Source of the DNA: Candidatus Woesearchaeota archaeon
GTDB taxonomy: Archaea; Nanobdellota; Nanobdellia; Woesearchaeales; GW2011-AR4
Direction: 5' to 3'
Assembly (NCBI GenBank): GCA_016192985.1
Contig: JACPTC010000017.1
Span: forward strand, 1,182 to 65,181
Length of the DNA stretch: 64,000 nt
The notes beneath the pieces are model-generated. The model was not told the origin of the DNA and searched no databases. It saw only the letters and a program-made list of their open reading frames with translations. The translations under genes and the position numbers were made by a program. This document shows, in pieces, positions 16,241 through 25,242 of the stretch (within the stretch, counting starts at the first letter, position 1; each line of letters opens with the position of its first letter).

Positions 16241-17212
16241 TTACCTTCCTTGTTTTGATTCTGTGCTTATGTAGGATATTTGCGGCGCTTCAAGCGTTTC
16301 CCTTTTTACTCTTGCCGGTGCTGTGAGCCTGATTATCCTTTTTCTAGCTCCTGCGACAGACCCTTTAAGCAGAACGTATTGATTGGTTACAAGACCGTAA
16401 TTGACAAAACCGCCTTTTACATTTATCTCATCTGCTTTGTTTCCAATTTTAACAAGATGTTTGTTGTACTCTGTCCTTAAATGATAGCCCATCTTGCCTG
16501 CGTGAGCAACGCGCCACATTACATGTCCCTGTCCTCGCCACGGGCCTAACGAACCTGGATTTCTCCTGCTTTTCTCTGATTTGTGCTGCCTTAGCTGTAT
16601 TCCAAACCTTTTAACTGGGCCTTGAAACCCTTTGCCCTTTGTAATAGAATGAACATCAAGAAACTGGCCGTCTTTAAACACTTCAGCCACACTTATTTCT
16701 TTCCCAATTTTTTCTTTCGCATAACTTAATTGCTGATCTTTTGTGCCCCCTATGGCAATCTCGAATATTTCCGGTTTCTTCTTGCCGATGCCTGTCAATT
16801 TTGGCTGAGTGAAACATGATAACCTTACAAAATCATAACCGCTTGGCTCTTTTCCTTTCTTTTTTGGAAGTGTAATTTTTCTTTCCAAGTCTTTATCAAG
16901 AGAATCAGCAATCGTTTCCCCAACAAGCATTAAGCCGTCTTTGGTTTTTTTGTAAAATCTTATAGAAGCAGTCTTTAGTGGTGGGCACTCAATGACAGTA
17001 ACAGGACAAAAAATATCTGTCCCTTTTGTTAGTGAGTATGGCCTGTTATCATTAATCAGCAGGTGGGTCATACCGACCTTGTAGCCAGCAAACCCCAAAG
17101 GTTTTGCTTCAGTGCTGTGGGACCAGTTTCTGATTCTTGCATAACTATGCCTAGCCCTGACTCGCGGCCAAAATTGCATGCTTCCTGCTCTCGGCTTTCT
17201 TGTTCTTGGCAT
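16241..17212 (-). CDS. rpl3: 50S ribosomal protein L3 (uL3)
   Basis: PRAGSMQFWPRVRA...FAGYKVGMTH...KGKGFQGPVKRFG. Confidence 0.95.
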   Translation of the reverse strand: MPRTRKPRAGSMQFWPRVRARHSYARIRNWSHSTEAKPLGFAGYKVGMTHLLINDNRPYSLTKGTDIFCPVTVIECPPLKTASIRFYKKTKDGLMLVGETIADSLDKDLERKITLPKKKGKEPSGYDFVRLSCFTQPKLTGIGKKKPEIFEIAIGGTKDQQLSYAKEKIGKEISVAEVFKDGQFLDVHSITKGKGFQGPVKRFGIQLRQHKSEKSRRNPGSLGPWRGQGHVMWRVAHAGKMGYHLRTEYNKHLVKIGNKADEINVKGGFVNYGLVTNQYVLLKGSVAGARKRIIRLTAPARVKRETLEAPQISYISTESKQGR

Positions 17213-17288
17213 AGATATGTCACGGATTACTACATCTATTACTCTATTTTTGTGAAATAAGCCTTTTATTGAGTGCCTTTTGTAGAAA

Positions 17289-17327
17289 ACAGTTTAATCA
17301 ACTGTACTGAAAAGGCAATCTTTTCAG
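17289..17327. other. two adjacent small hairpins in the rpl3 upstream spacer
   Basis: ACAGTT(17289-17294)/AACTGT(17300-17305) form a stem with a 5-nt loop. CTGAAAAG(17307-17314)/CTTTTCAG(17320-17327) form a second stem with a 5-nt loop (GCAAT). Confidence 0.4.
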
Positions 17328-17456
17328 GCTAGTATAATTTTTGTCTGATTAATTCCAACAAAAATTATAGAATTGAGAAATGATTGCAGCTTTATAAAGG
17401 TTGCGGAAAAAACTCGGGAAAAATTATATTCTGCGGATCAAGGAGTTTACTATAAT

Positions 17457-17501
17457 ATAGACAATTGCGTTGATTTGTTATATTTGTACGCAATTGTCTA
17501 T
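17457..17501. repeat. perfect 14-bp inverted repeat (ATAGACAATTGCGT-N17-ACGCAATTGTCTAT)
   Basis: The arms are 17457-17470 and 17488-17501, read directly from the sequence. The repeat shares an AATTGCG core with the neighbouring inverted repeat. Confidence 0.6.
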
Positions 17502-17502
17502 C

Positions 17503-17547
17503 TCGTAAATTGCGGCTATTTATTAAACCAATTACCGCAATTTACGA
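17503..17547. repeat. perfect 13-bp inverted repeat (TCGTAAATTGCGG-N19-CCGCAATTTACGA), 3 nt after the DRG stop codon
   Basis: The arms are 17503-17515 and 17535-17547. It could be a transcript 3' hairpin for the GTPase gene or a protein-binding palindrome upstream of the r-protein operon. Confidence 0.6.
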
Positions 17548-17549
17548 TA

Positions 17550-18686
17550 TCATCTCAAATGAATCTCAACAATATCATTGTCCTCAACAACATGCTCTAA
17601 TTTTCTTAAAACCATTCCATCAAACTTAACACTTTTTCCCCATATTCTAGCAAATTTGAATTTATTTATAAAATCCTTATGCAGTTTCATGCAAACCTCC
17701 CTTAATGTGCTCCCTTTCCTCATTATCAATGGAATACCTATATCGGCTTTTTTCCCCACTTCCTTGCAATAAATCCTCATAAATTCCAATTTTTTAAAGA
17801 TAAGCCCTTTCAAATCTTCCGTATTCATCCTTTTTTCAGCTGAAATGCAGATGTCTGGTTTTACAATAGATTTCACTCTTCCCAACTCTTCTGAATCAAC
17901 CATATCTATCTTGTTTAGTACTGTAATCGCAGGAACATATTTTCTGTTGCATTCTATAGCATCTATCAATTGGTCATCTGTAATGTCTTCCCTTATGACA
18001 ACGCTGGAATTATCAAGCCTGAACTCCTTCAGAATTGTTTTTATTGTATCTTCATTCAGCTTTGTCAATCTTACTGTGTAGCCAATGTCAATGCCGCCCT
18101 TTTCCTTTTTTGATATCCTGATAAGAGGAGGCTTTTGGTTTATTCTCAACCCAGTCTCGAATATTTCATTTTTGACAACTTCCAGATGCCCTGGGTGGAA
18201 CACATCAAGCAAAATGATTACAAGGTCTGTGCTTTGCGCACATGCAAGCACTTCTTTGCCTCTTCCTCTGCCGGTCGCTGCACCTTCAACAATCCCAGGC
18301 ACGTCCAGAACCTGTATCTTTGCATGATTATACTCCATCAAGCCAGGAATGCATGTCAATGTGGTGAAAACATACGCTCCAACAGGAGAATTTGCGTTTG
18401 TTATGGCATTCAACAAAGTTGATTTTCCTACTGAAGGAAAACCAACCATTATCACAGTTGCGTCTCCGCTTCTTTTGACTGAAAATCCTTCGCCCTTGCC
18501 TTTAGAAGAAGTTTTTTTTTGATATTCCTCCTTTATTTTAGCAAGCTTTGCCTTGACTAATCCTATATGCCCCTGAGTTTTTTTATTGTATTTTGTAGTC
18601 CTTAGCTCTTCTTCCAGCTCTTTTACTTTTCTATCGTATGAAGACTCATGATGCTTTGCATCTTTCAAATTCAGTTGCTGCGCCAT
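17550..18686 (-). CDS. DRG/Rbg-family (Obg-like) GTPase with a C-terminal TGS domain
   Basis: G1 motif GFPSVGKSTLLN, G3 motif DVPGIVEGA, G4 motif NKID, and a C-terminal TGS-like region ...IWGKSVKFDGMVLRKLEHVVEDNDIVEIHLR. Confidence 0.85.
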   Translation of the reverse strand: MAQQLNLKDAKHHESSYDRKVKELEEELRTTKYNKKTQGHIGLVKAKLAKIKEEYQKKTSSKGKGEGFSVKRSGDATVIMVGFPSVGKSTLLNAITNANSPVGAYVFTTLTCIPGLMEYNHAKIQVLDVPGIVEGAATGRGRGKEVLACAQSTDLVIILLDVFHPGHLEVVKNEIFETGLRINQKPPLIRISKKEKGGIDIGYTVRLTKLNEDTIKTILKEFRLDNSSVVIREDITDDQLIDAIECNRKYVPAITVLNKIDMVDSEELGRVKSIVKPDICISAEKRMNTEDLKGLIFKKLEFMRIYCKEVGKKADIGIPLIMRKGSTLREVCMKLHKDFINKFKFARIWGKSVKFDGMVLRKLEHVVEDNDIVEIHLR

Positions 18687-18707
18687 AGAATAAGGATATC
18701 AGCATAG

Positions 18708-18715
18708 TATAAAAA
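18708..18715 (-). promoter_or_regulatory. TATA box (TTTTTATA on the minus strand) for the DRG GTPase gene
   Basis: It lies 21 nt upstream of the ATG at 18686. Confidence 0.4.
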
Positions 18716-18744
18716 TGTTTAATTTTCAACAACCTTTAGTGGAA

Positions 18745-19554
18745 CTATTTACTCTTCTTTATTAGCGGCCCAAATGCAGTGAAATCCGGCCAGTTACCAA
18801 GCACTTGACCGCCGTCAATAGCGATTATCTGGCCAGTTATAAAATCAGCACCGCTTGAAGATAGGAAAGCAACACAATTAGCTATCTCTCCAGGACCAGC
18901 AAATCTTTGCAATGGTATTGTTGCTTTGAGCTGCTCTATCATCTTTTTATTATTAACCATCTCCTCATTAAAACCCTGTGTTGCTGTAATGCCAGGGGCA
19001 ATTGCATTGACATTGATTTTGTGCTTTGCAAGCTCCAAAGCCAAGCTCTTTGTCAGATTTATTACGCCTGCCCTTGCAGCGCCTGAATGGGCAAGTCCAG
19101 GAGCAGCCCTTATAGCATATATATGCACAATGTTTATTATCTTGCCGCCATTATTCTTCATGTACTTAACAGCTTCTCTGCAGCAAAACCAGGTGCCATA
19201 AAGATTGGTTTTCACAACAGCATCAAGCCCATTTGTCGAAATTTTTTCAAAAGGCGCAATAAACTGCCCGCCTGCATTATTTACAAGAATGTCTATACCG
19301 CCAAATTTTTCTTTTGTTTGCCTAAACAGATTTTCAACTTCTTGCTCATTTCTTATATCAGTTTTAATTGCCATGATGTTTCTTGTTATTTTTCTAAGCT
19401 CTCCGTAACCACTTTTCAAATGCCCCTCTTTTCTTCCAGCAATCACTATTTTAGCTCCTAATCTGGCAAGCCTAGCTGCAATCTCTTTTCCAATGCCTGT
19501 TGCTCCTCCAGTTATTACAGCAACTTTCCCTTTGAATAATTTTTTTTCAAACAT
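18745..19554 (-). CDS. SDR of the 2,4-dienoyl-CoA / trans-2-enoyl-CoA reductase (DECR/PECR-like) type
   Basis: TGGATGIGKEIA (TGxxxGxG). The segment LAHSGAARAGVINLTKSLALELAKHKINVNAIAPG closely follows the PECR/DECR pattern (HSGAARAGVxNLTKSLALEW) as I recall it. I prefer the ATG at 19554; the track start at 19563 is TTG. Confidence 0.7.
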   Translation of the reverse strand: MFEKKLFKGKVAVITGGATGIGKEIAARLARLGAKIVIAGRKEGHLKSGYGELRKITRNIMAIKTDIRNEQEVENLFRQTKEKFGGIDILVNNAGGQFIAPFEKISTNGLDAVVKTNLYGTWFCCREAVKYMKNNGGKIINIVHIYAIRAAPGLAHSGAARAGVINLTKSLALELAKHKINVNAIAPGITATQGFNEEMVNNKKMIEQLKATIPLQRFAGPGEIANCVAFLSSSGADFITGQIIAIDGGQVLGNWPDFTAFGPLIKKSK

Positions 19555-19570
19555 CTTAATCAATTAAAAA

Positions 19571-19987
19571 TCAAATATCCAATATCTTGACCAAAAATTC
19601 AGCTTTTACAACCTCTGTTCCATCTTGTTTTTTGACAGAACAGTCGCAAAGCAATCTCAGCTTTTCAGGATACTTTTCCTTTACATTAACTGTTGCAGTT
19701 ATTGTATCTCCTATAAACACAGGCGCTAAAAGCTTAATTTCTTTCTTTAACGCAATAACAATTGTATTGTCTGATGTGAACATATGCACCAATGCTGCTC
19801 CGATAGTGCTCTCTGTCAAAAAGCCATTTGTAGCCCTTCTTCCAAAGATTGATTTTTTCATCCTTTCTTCATCAAAATGCACGGGGTTGAAATCCTCAAC
19901 CAGTTCGCCAAATTTTCTGTTTACCTCTTCGGTTATAGTCTTTGTAAAAGTGCCCTGAAATCCAATTTTAAAATCATTGTACTTCAC
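19571..19987 (-). CDS. MaoC-like (R)-specific enoyl-CoA hydratase / hotdog dehydratase
   Basis: Hydratase-2 motif EDFNPVHFDEERMKKSIFGRRATNG (D.NP.H). The GTG start overlaps the DUF35 stop codon (GTGA). Confidence 0.75.
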   Translation of the reverse strand: MKYNDFKIGFQGTFTKTITEEVNRKFGELVEDFNPVHFDEERMKKSIFGRRATNGFLTESTIGAALVHMFTSDNTIVIALKKEIKLLAPVFIGDTITATVNVKEKYPEKLRLLCDCSVKKQDGTEVVKAEFLVKILDI

Positions 19988-20298
19988 TTTATCACCCTGA
20001 ATTTTGTTCCGTAATGCACTAGCCCATCATCACCATCAACATATATCCTTCTTATGCAGGGCTCAACTTCCATCCCTATTGAAATTTCATCGCTCTCCAC
20101 AATCTGAGATATAATTTTTTTCCCACTATCAAGACTTATAAGGGCAATAACATAAGGGGTATTTTTGTCAAACCCTTTTGGCGCAACATTCATTATAGTA
20201 AAGGATTCTACCTTGCCTTTGATATCAGCAATACTCCTGAATAATTTATATCTTTCTATTGACAATCTCCAAGCCAACGGGCTGCTTTCTTTGTGCAT
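19984..20298 (-). CDS. DUF35 OB-fold protein (thiolase/HMGCS scaffold type) lacking the zinc ribbon
   Basis: GKVESFTIMNVAPKGFDKNTPYVIALISLDSGKKIISQIVESDEISIGMEVEP matches the DUF35 OB-fold pattern. The N-terminus has no CxxC pairs. The gene lies directly downstream of the thiolase-like gene. Confidence 0.7.
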   Translation of the reverse strand: MHKESSPLAWRLSIERYKLFRSIADIKGKVESFTIMNVAPKGFDKNTPYVIALISLDSGKKIISQIVESDEISIGMEVEPCIRRIYVDGDDGLVHYGTKFRVIK

Positions 20299-20299
20299 T

Positions 20300-21412
20300 T
20301 TATCTGCTCCCGAATATGTTAACTGCTGAGACTGCTCCTGTTCCAGCCAAGGTATGAGTTAACCCAAAATACAACTTATTGGCATTTAGTCTGTTAATAA
20401 CATCTACAGCCTGCCTTACACCAGTTGCGCCAATGGCATGACCGCATGCCTTCAAGCCACCGCTCAAATTTATTTTTTTTGAATTTTTCTTGGCAAATTT
20501 AATGCCTTCCCCTTTTTTTGCAAACCCGAGGTCCTCAACAGCAATCACTTCAGAAATCGGAGTCACATCATGTAATTCCATCAAATCTATTTTTTCGCAG
20601 CTTACTCCAGCAATCCTGAATGAGTTTGCAGCGGCATTTATCGTTGAATGCATTGCAGTTATTGATTTTCTTTCAGACAAAGATAGCGAATCAGAGCTTG
20701 AGCAGCCCGCTAAAAGATAGCCCTTAACATCAGCATTTAACTTCCTTGCTGTTTCCTCACTGCACATAATCAATGCTGCAGCACCGTCACAATAAGATGC
20801 ACAGTCAAATACCCTTACCGGGTCAGAAAGCATAGGGCTTGAATTTATTTTTTCTTCTGAAAGCTCAAACCTATACTGGGCATTCAGATTATCCAATGCA
20901 TTCTTGTGGCTAGCTGATGGTATGAATGACAAGTCTTCTGGCGATAGTCTGAAATCATGCAAGTATCTTCTTGTCATAATTGCAAACTGACTAAAGATGC
21001 TTGCGCCTGCAGATGCCTCTTCCTCGCTTAAAAGCTCCGAGCTTAACAAAGCCAGCTCATTTGTTTTAAGGTCACTTACCTTCTCAACACCCAGAACCAT
21101 TGCCATTTTGCTCTCTCCTGCCAAAATAGAATTTGCAGCCTCTTTTATCGCAAGTGCTCCCGAAGCATCACCGGCATTTACACATATTCCATTGCTTATG
21201 CCCAGCTCCTCATACACCATTGAGCTTAGCAAAGCTTGTCCACCTGCTTTTGATGAAAATACATTTGAGATATACAATTCACCTATTTCATCTGGTTTTA
21301 ATTTTGAGTTGTCCAATGCATTTATCCCTGCTTCTCTTATAAGATCTCTAATGCCCTTGTCCCACAGCTCGCCAAATCTAGTTTGAGAAGTCGCAATTAT
21401 TGGAATCTTCAT
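20300..21412 (-). CDS. thiolase-family protein (SCP-x / archaeal acetoacetyl-CoA thiolase type) with Asp at the expected nucleophile position
   Basis: The C-terminal motifs ELHDVTP and GGLKACGHAIGATG are present. The N-terminal motif reads VNAGDASGALAI where thiolases have VxxxCA(S/T)G. Confidence 0.75.
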   Translation of the reverse strand: MKIPIIATSQTRFGELWDKGIRDLIREAGINALDNSKLKPDEIGELYISNVFSSKAGGQALLSSMVYEELGISNGICVNAGDASGALAIKEAANSILAGESKMAMVLGVEKVSDLKTNELALLSSELLSEEEASAGASIFSQFAIMTRRYLHDFRLSPEDLSFIPSASHKNALDNLNAQYRFELSEEKINSSPMLSDPVRVFDCASYCDGAAALIMCSEETARKLNADVKGYLLAGCSSSDSLSLSERKSITAMHSTINAAANSFRIAGVSCEKIDLMELHDVTPISEVIAVEDLGFAKKGEGIKFAKKNSKKINLSGGLKACGHAIGATGVRQAVDVINRLNANKLYFGLTHTLAGTGAVSAVNIFGSR

Positions 21413-21413
21413 A

Positions 21414-22445
21414 TTAAAAAACCCCTGTCATTTTGCAGTACTCCGCATATCCAATATATTTTTTATCATTGATGTAGTTTTTTGTTGCTCTTGCTTTTTT
21501 CAGTTTTTTTATATTTGGAGTCACTTTCAATAAAAATGAGTCGCTTCCGGCACCACTCCCAAATGATGTTACTAATATCTTCTGATTTGGCTTGGCTTTG
21601 TCAAGAATGTCTGTAAGTGCGAGCATTGAAGCAGCTGAATATGTATTGCCTATTTTTGACACAATCAAATTGCTTTCAAGCTTTTCCTCTGTAAATCCAA
21701 GAATCCTGCCGGCTCTTGTTGGAAACTTTCCATTAGGCGTGTGGAAAGCCACATGGTCTATTTCCTCTGGCTTGATTTTTGCCTTTTCCATCAAAAGCTT
21801 TGTGCATTTTACCAAATGGCTGAAATAAGCGGGCTCGCCTGTAAAGCGCTCTGCATGTTTTGGGTACTTTTGCATATTCCTCCTCCAGAAATCAGGCGTG
21901 TCAGACGATATAGAATGCATTGATTCTAGCTCTGCTATAACCTCTTTATTATCATTCCCAATAATGAAAGCTGCAGCTCCGGCTGACGCTGTGTACTCAA
22001 GAATGTCTCCAGGCATTGATTGCGATGTGTCTGCGCCAATAGCCAAGCCATAATCAACAAATCCTGATTTTGACAAGCCAAAAACCATCTGCATAGCAGC
22101 TGTGCCGGCTTTGCATGCAAATTCCACATCTGCTGAAGTATAATGACTTATTCCAAGAATCTCTCCAAGAATTGAAGCATTTGGCTTGACAGCGTATACA
22201 GGGCTTTCGGAACCAGAATACACCGCGCCTATTTTTGTTTTGTCAATATTAACCCTTTTTAGCGCATTTAAAGAGGCTTCAACACTCATTGTCAGGCTGT
22301 CTTCATCGTAGTCCGGCACGGATTTTTCTTCAATCATTAATTCTTTTTTTATAAATTCAGGATTCCTGCGTTGAATTCTGGCTATTTCCTCTACTTTAAT
22401 CCTATACATAGGTACGTACGCGCCATAGCTTACAATTCCAACCAT
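21414..22445 (-). CDS. hmgS: hydroxymethylglutaryl-CoA synthase (archaeal type)
   Basis: MVGIVSYGAYVPMYRI..., catalytic Cys context VEFACKAGTAAM, and the canonical HMGCS-thiolase-DUF35 gene order. Confidence 0.85.
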   Translation of the reverse strand: MVGIVSYGAYVPMYRIKVEEIARIQRRNPEFIKKELMIEEKSVPDYDEDSLTMSVEASLNALKRVNIDKTKIGAVYSGSESPVYAVKPNASILGEILGISHYTSADVEFACKAGTAAMQMVFGLSKSGFVDYGLAIGADTSQSMPGDILEYTASAGAAAFIIGNDNKEVIAELESMHSISSDTPDFWRRNMQKYPKHAERFTGEPAYFSHLVKCTKLLMEKAKIKPEEIDHVAFHTPNGKFPTRAGRILGFTEEKLESNLIVSKIGNTYSAASMLALTDILDKAKPNQKILVTSFGSGAGSDSFLLKVTPNIKKLKKARATKNYINDKKYIGYAEYCKMTGVF

Positions 22446-22468
22446 GTCAACCTCAAACTTAAAGTAGT

Positions 22469-23425
22469 TTAGCTATATTTAAGAATGTTTCCCGTATTAA
22501 ATTGACGATTAAATGCGACAAAAACACTTTTAGCGCCATCAACTGCAGCCCATTTTAATAGTTCCTTATTTTTTGTCAAACGAGTTAATCTAAACTTATC
22601 GTCAGGAAGTATAGTTGCTATATTCATATTATCAATTTTTATCTTTCCGGTAGAGATATTAAAAATATGCTTATAATCTTCAAAGCCCGTCAAATAACCA
22701 CCAAATAAGTTTTTGCTAAGCTTTGACAGAGCTTTTTTTAACAAAAATTTTTCTAAAAAACTTAAATATTTCTTAGGCTTTGGCTCGGTTAAGAGCACTA
22801 AAACATCCGTACAGCCGTCTTTAATCGCATCCTCTAATGGCACTGCTTTCTGGATGCCCCCATCCAAGAAACCTTTGTGATTAATTAAGACTGGTTTATT
22901 GTAATAAAGCGGTAATGCACAACTTGCTTTGAGCAATTTCAAAATATTTTTAGATTTGGAATTGCATCTTACAGCTCTACCAGTTTCTATATCAGTCGCA
23001 AAAAAATAAAACGGCGTTTTAGACTTTATAACTTTATATGTATCTAGTGGTTTTTTATTAATTACAACATTATCAAATAAATAATCAATGTCAACTATTT
23101 TATTTACTCTAAGTAAATTTATAAAATTAGAATTATTTATATCTTCGTAATAAATGCTTGTTCCAAATTGAGGTTGATCAGACAAAAAATAAGCAACGTT
23201 CATAGCCCCTCCAGACGAGGCGTATATTGCATCAAAAGCATTTCTTAATCCCAGATTATGAAGGGCAATTAGGGAGCCTGCACTAAAAATACCCCTCATA
23301 GCACCACCCTGCACTACCAAAGCAGATTTAATCCCTCTTTTTGAAATGTTTTTGCTCTTTATTCTTTCCTTATTTCTTATAATGATATTTCTTAATGATG
23401 TTTCTGGATTTATACCACACACCAT
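22469..23425 (-). CDS. patatin-like phospholipase/acyl hydrolase
   Basis: Oxyanion loop VVQGGAMRG, nucleophile elbow ASSGG (GxSxG-like), and catalytic Asp context FLDGG. Confidence 0.75.
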   Translation of the reverse strand: MVCGINPETSLRNIIIRNKERIKSKNISKRGIKSALVVQGGAMRGIFSAGSLIALHNLGLRNAFDAIYASSGGAMNVAYFLSDQPQFGTSIYYEDINNSNFINLLRVNKIVDIDYLFDNVVINKKPLDTYKVIKSKTPFYFFATDIETGRAVRCNSKSKNILKLLKASCALPLYYNKPVLINHKGFLDGGIQKAVPLEDAIKDGCTDVLVLLTEPKPKKYLSFLEKFLLKKALSKLSKNLFGGYLTGFEDYKHIFNISTGKIKIDNMNIATILPDDKFRLTRLTKNKELLKWAAVDGAKSVFVAFNRQFNTGNILKYS

Positions 23426-23448
23426 ATTAGACCTCTATTTATTTAGTT

Positions 23449-24183
23449 CTAATAAGACAATCCGCCATCTATGCGAATTACTTCCCCGGTTATATAACCT
23501 GCTTTGTCAGAAGCCAAGAAAGCAACCAACCCTGCGATATCAAAAGGAGTGCCTGCCCTGCCAATGGGTATCATTGCCAAAATTATTTTTCTTCTTATAA
23601 ACGGTATTGCCTTTGTCATGCTTGTATCTATAAAACCAGGAGCAACTGCATTTACAGTAATCCTTCTTTTGCCAAGCTCTCTTGCCAAAGACTTTGTGAA
23701 TCCAATTACCCCTGCTTTTGAAGCAGCATAATTTGTTTGCCCAAAATTGCCAAGCACGCCTGCAATAGAGCTTATGTTTATAATCCTACCATTGTCCCTC
23801 ATTATTGTGAGCGCATTTTTTGTCACATTAAAAGTTCCGTCAAGATTCGTTCTCATGACTCTATCCCATTGCTCTTTTGTCATATTTTTCAATGTCTTAT
23901 CTGCAAGCGCACCTGCGTTATTTACCAATATGTCAAGACAGCCGAACCTCCTCTTCACAAACTCAATCATTGAGGCGCATTGCTCAAAGCTTGAGACATC
24001 CGCCTTAACAGCAATTCCTTCAACCCCATTTTTTTTGATTTCTTCAACAACCTCGATGGACTCTTTCTCGTCTCTGTTGTAATTGACAATAACATTTGCA
24101 TTATTTTCGGAAAGCTCAATAGCAATAGCCTTTCCAATGCCTTTTGATGCTCCGGTTACCAATGCGACTTTTCTTATTGACAT
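23449..24183 (-). CDS. fabG: 3-oxoacyl-(ACP/CoA) reductase, FabG-like classical SDR
   Basis: VTGASKGIGKAIA; NISSIAG...YAASKAGVIGFTKSLA (S-Y-K triad); C-terminal GEVIRIDGG. Confidence 0.85.
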   Translation of the reverse strand: MSIRKVALVTGASKGIGKAIAIELSENNANVIVNYNRDEKESIEVVEEIKKNGVEGIAVKADVSSFEQCASMIEFVKRRFGCLDILVNNAGALADKTLKNMTKEQWDRVMRTNLDGTFNVTKNALTIMRDNGRIINISSIAGVLGNFGQTNYAASKAGVIGFTKSLARELGKRRITVNAVAPGFIDTSMTKAIPFIRRKIILAMIPIGRAGTPFDIAGLVAFLASDKAGYITGEVIRIDGGLSY

Positions 24184-24189
24184 TTTTAT

Positions 24190-25179
24190 TTAACTTTTCA
24201 TTGCGCTAACATATGCACATTCAACTGTAAAGGATTTATCATCCGCGAGCGGATTATTCATTTTTAATTCCTTGAAAAGCTTAAGTGCAGACATTGTAAT
24301 CAATTCGTCTCTCCCTTTTTCTATCTCTGGGTTTGGCTCTTTGCCTCCAATTTCAGGCAAGATGCCTGCTTGCAGCCTTCTAACCCTTAAGAAATTCAAC
24401 CAGTCGCTATAAGTGACTTTTACCGGCAGATAGCGTATAGATGCACACTCCAAGCCAGCTGACTCCAAGGCGTTTAAGTAAGATTTTATATGTCTGGGCT
24501 TCGGAAATACAAGCCTGCGCTGCGCCGCCTCGGTTTTTACCCTATCCTCAATATTTTTGCTGTAAGACCTGAACTTGGGATCTTTACGCACAATATCAAG
24601 GGCTATGTCATGCACATACTCAATGGTGTCATCAATCATTAGTGCGCCGTCTGGCTTACCCTCTCTCACAAAATTTCCGGTTTGAAATATGAAATCCCCG
24701 CCTTTTTTCAGAGCAACCGAAATATCACAAAATGTTTCATTTATATCCGGAATGAGGTGGACAGTATTCGCAGATATAACATGGTCTACCACATCTTGCC
24801 CAACTACTTCAAATAAAGCGGCATATTTATCGCCTCTCCTCTCAAGTATAAAACACTCAACATTTGGCGGATCGCTCAAGATTTCGTAAGCTTTTCCCAG
24901 CCAGGAAGGAGAGTTGTCAACCAGCCACATTCTTATCTTCTTTTGCAAATATTTAAGCAAAAGCTGCGCCGATGTTCCGGTTCCAGCGCCAAAATCAACA
25001 ATGACATCTCCGCTTTTGATTCTCGGATCTGCAATAACTGCCAATTCGTGCATTATATCTTTTATCCAAGAAGAGTTGGCTACAGCCTCATGAAATGCAG
25101 TAGCCCCTTTGGAAGTCGGTTTATCAGGATGCCATGGCTTATTTATAATCTCACATCCTTTTTCTATTAATTTTGACAT
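24190..25179 (-). CDS. class I SAM-dependent methyltransferase
   Basis: Motif I VIVDFGAGTGTSAQ, with the post-I acidic residue in WLVDNS. The substrate is unknown. Confidence 0.65.
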   Translation of the reverse strand: MSKLIEKGCEIINKPWHPDKPTSKGATAFHEAVANSSWIKDIMHELAVIADPRIKSGDVIVDFGAGTGTSAQLLLKYLQKKIRMWLVDNSPSWLGKAYEILSDPPNVECFILERRGDKYAALFEVVGQDVVDHVISANTVHLIPDINETFCDISVALKKGGDFIFQTGNFVREGKPDGALMIDDTIEYVHDIALDIVRKDPKFRSYSKNIEDRVKTEAAQRRLVFPKPRHIKSYLNALESAGLECASIRYLPVKVTYSDWLNFLRVRRLQAGILPEIGGKEPNPEIEKGRDELITMSALKLFKELKMNNPLADDKSFTVECAYVSAMKS

Positions 25180-25242
25180 TTGAAAAAAGTTGAACCAATT
25201 CTTTATAAACTTTCTTATATTAACTAGTTTACATGCCGCGAA

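Noticed and set aside
17373-17600. 75-aa plus-strand ORF in the rpl3 upstream spacer
   Set aside because: It spans the palindromes and runs into the 3' end of the GTPase gene on the other strand. It has no recognisable domain or start context. The region is better explained as structured non-coding DNA.
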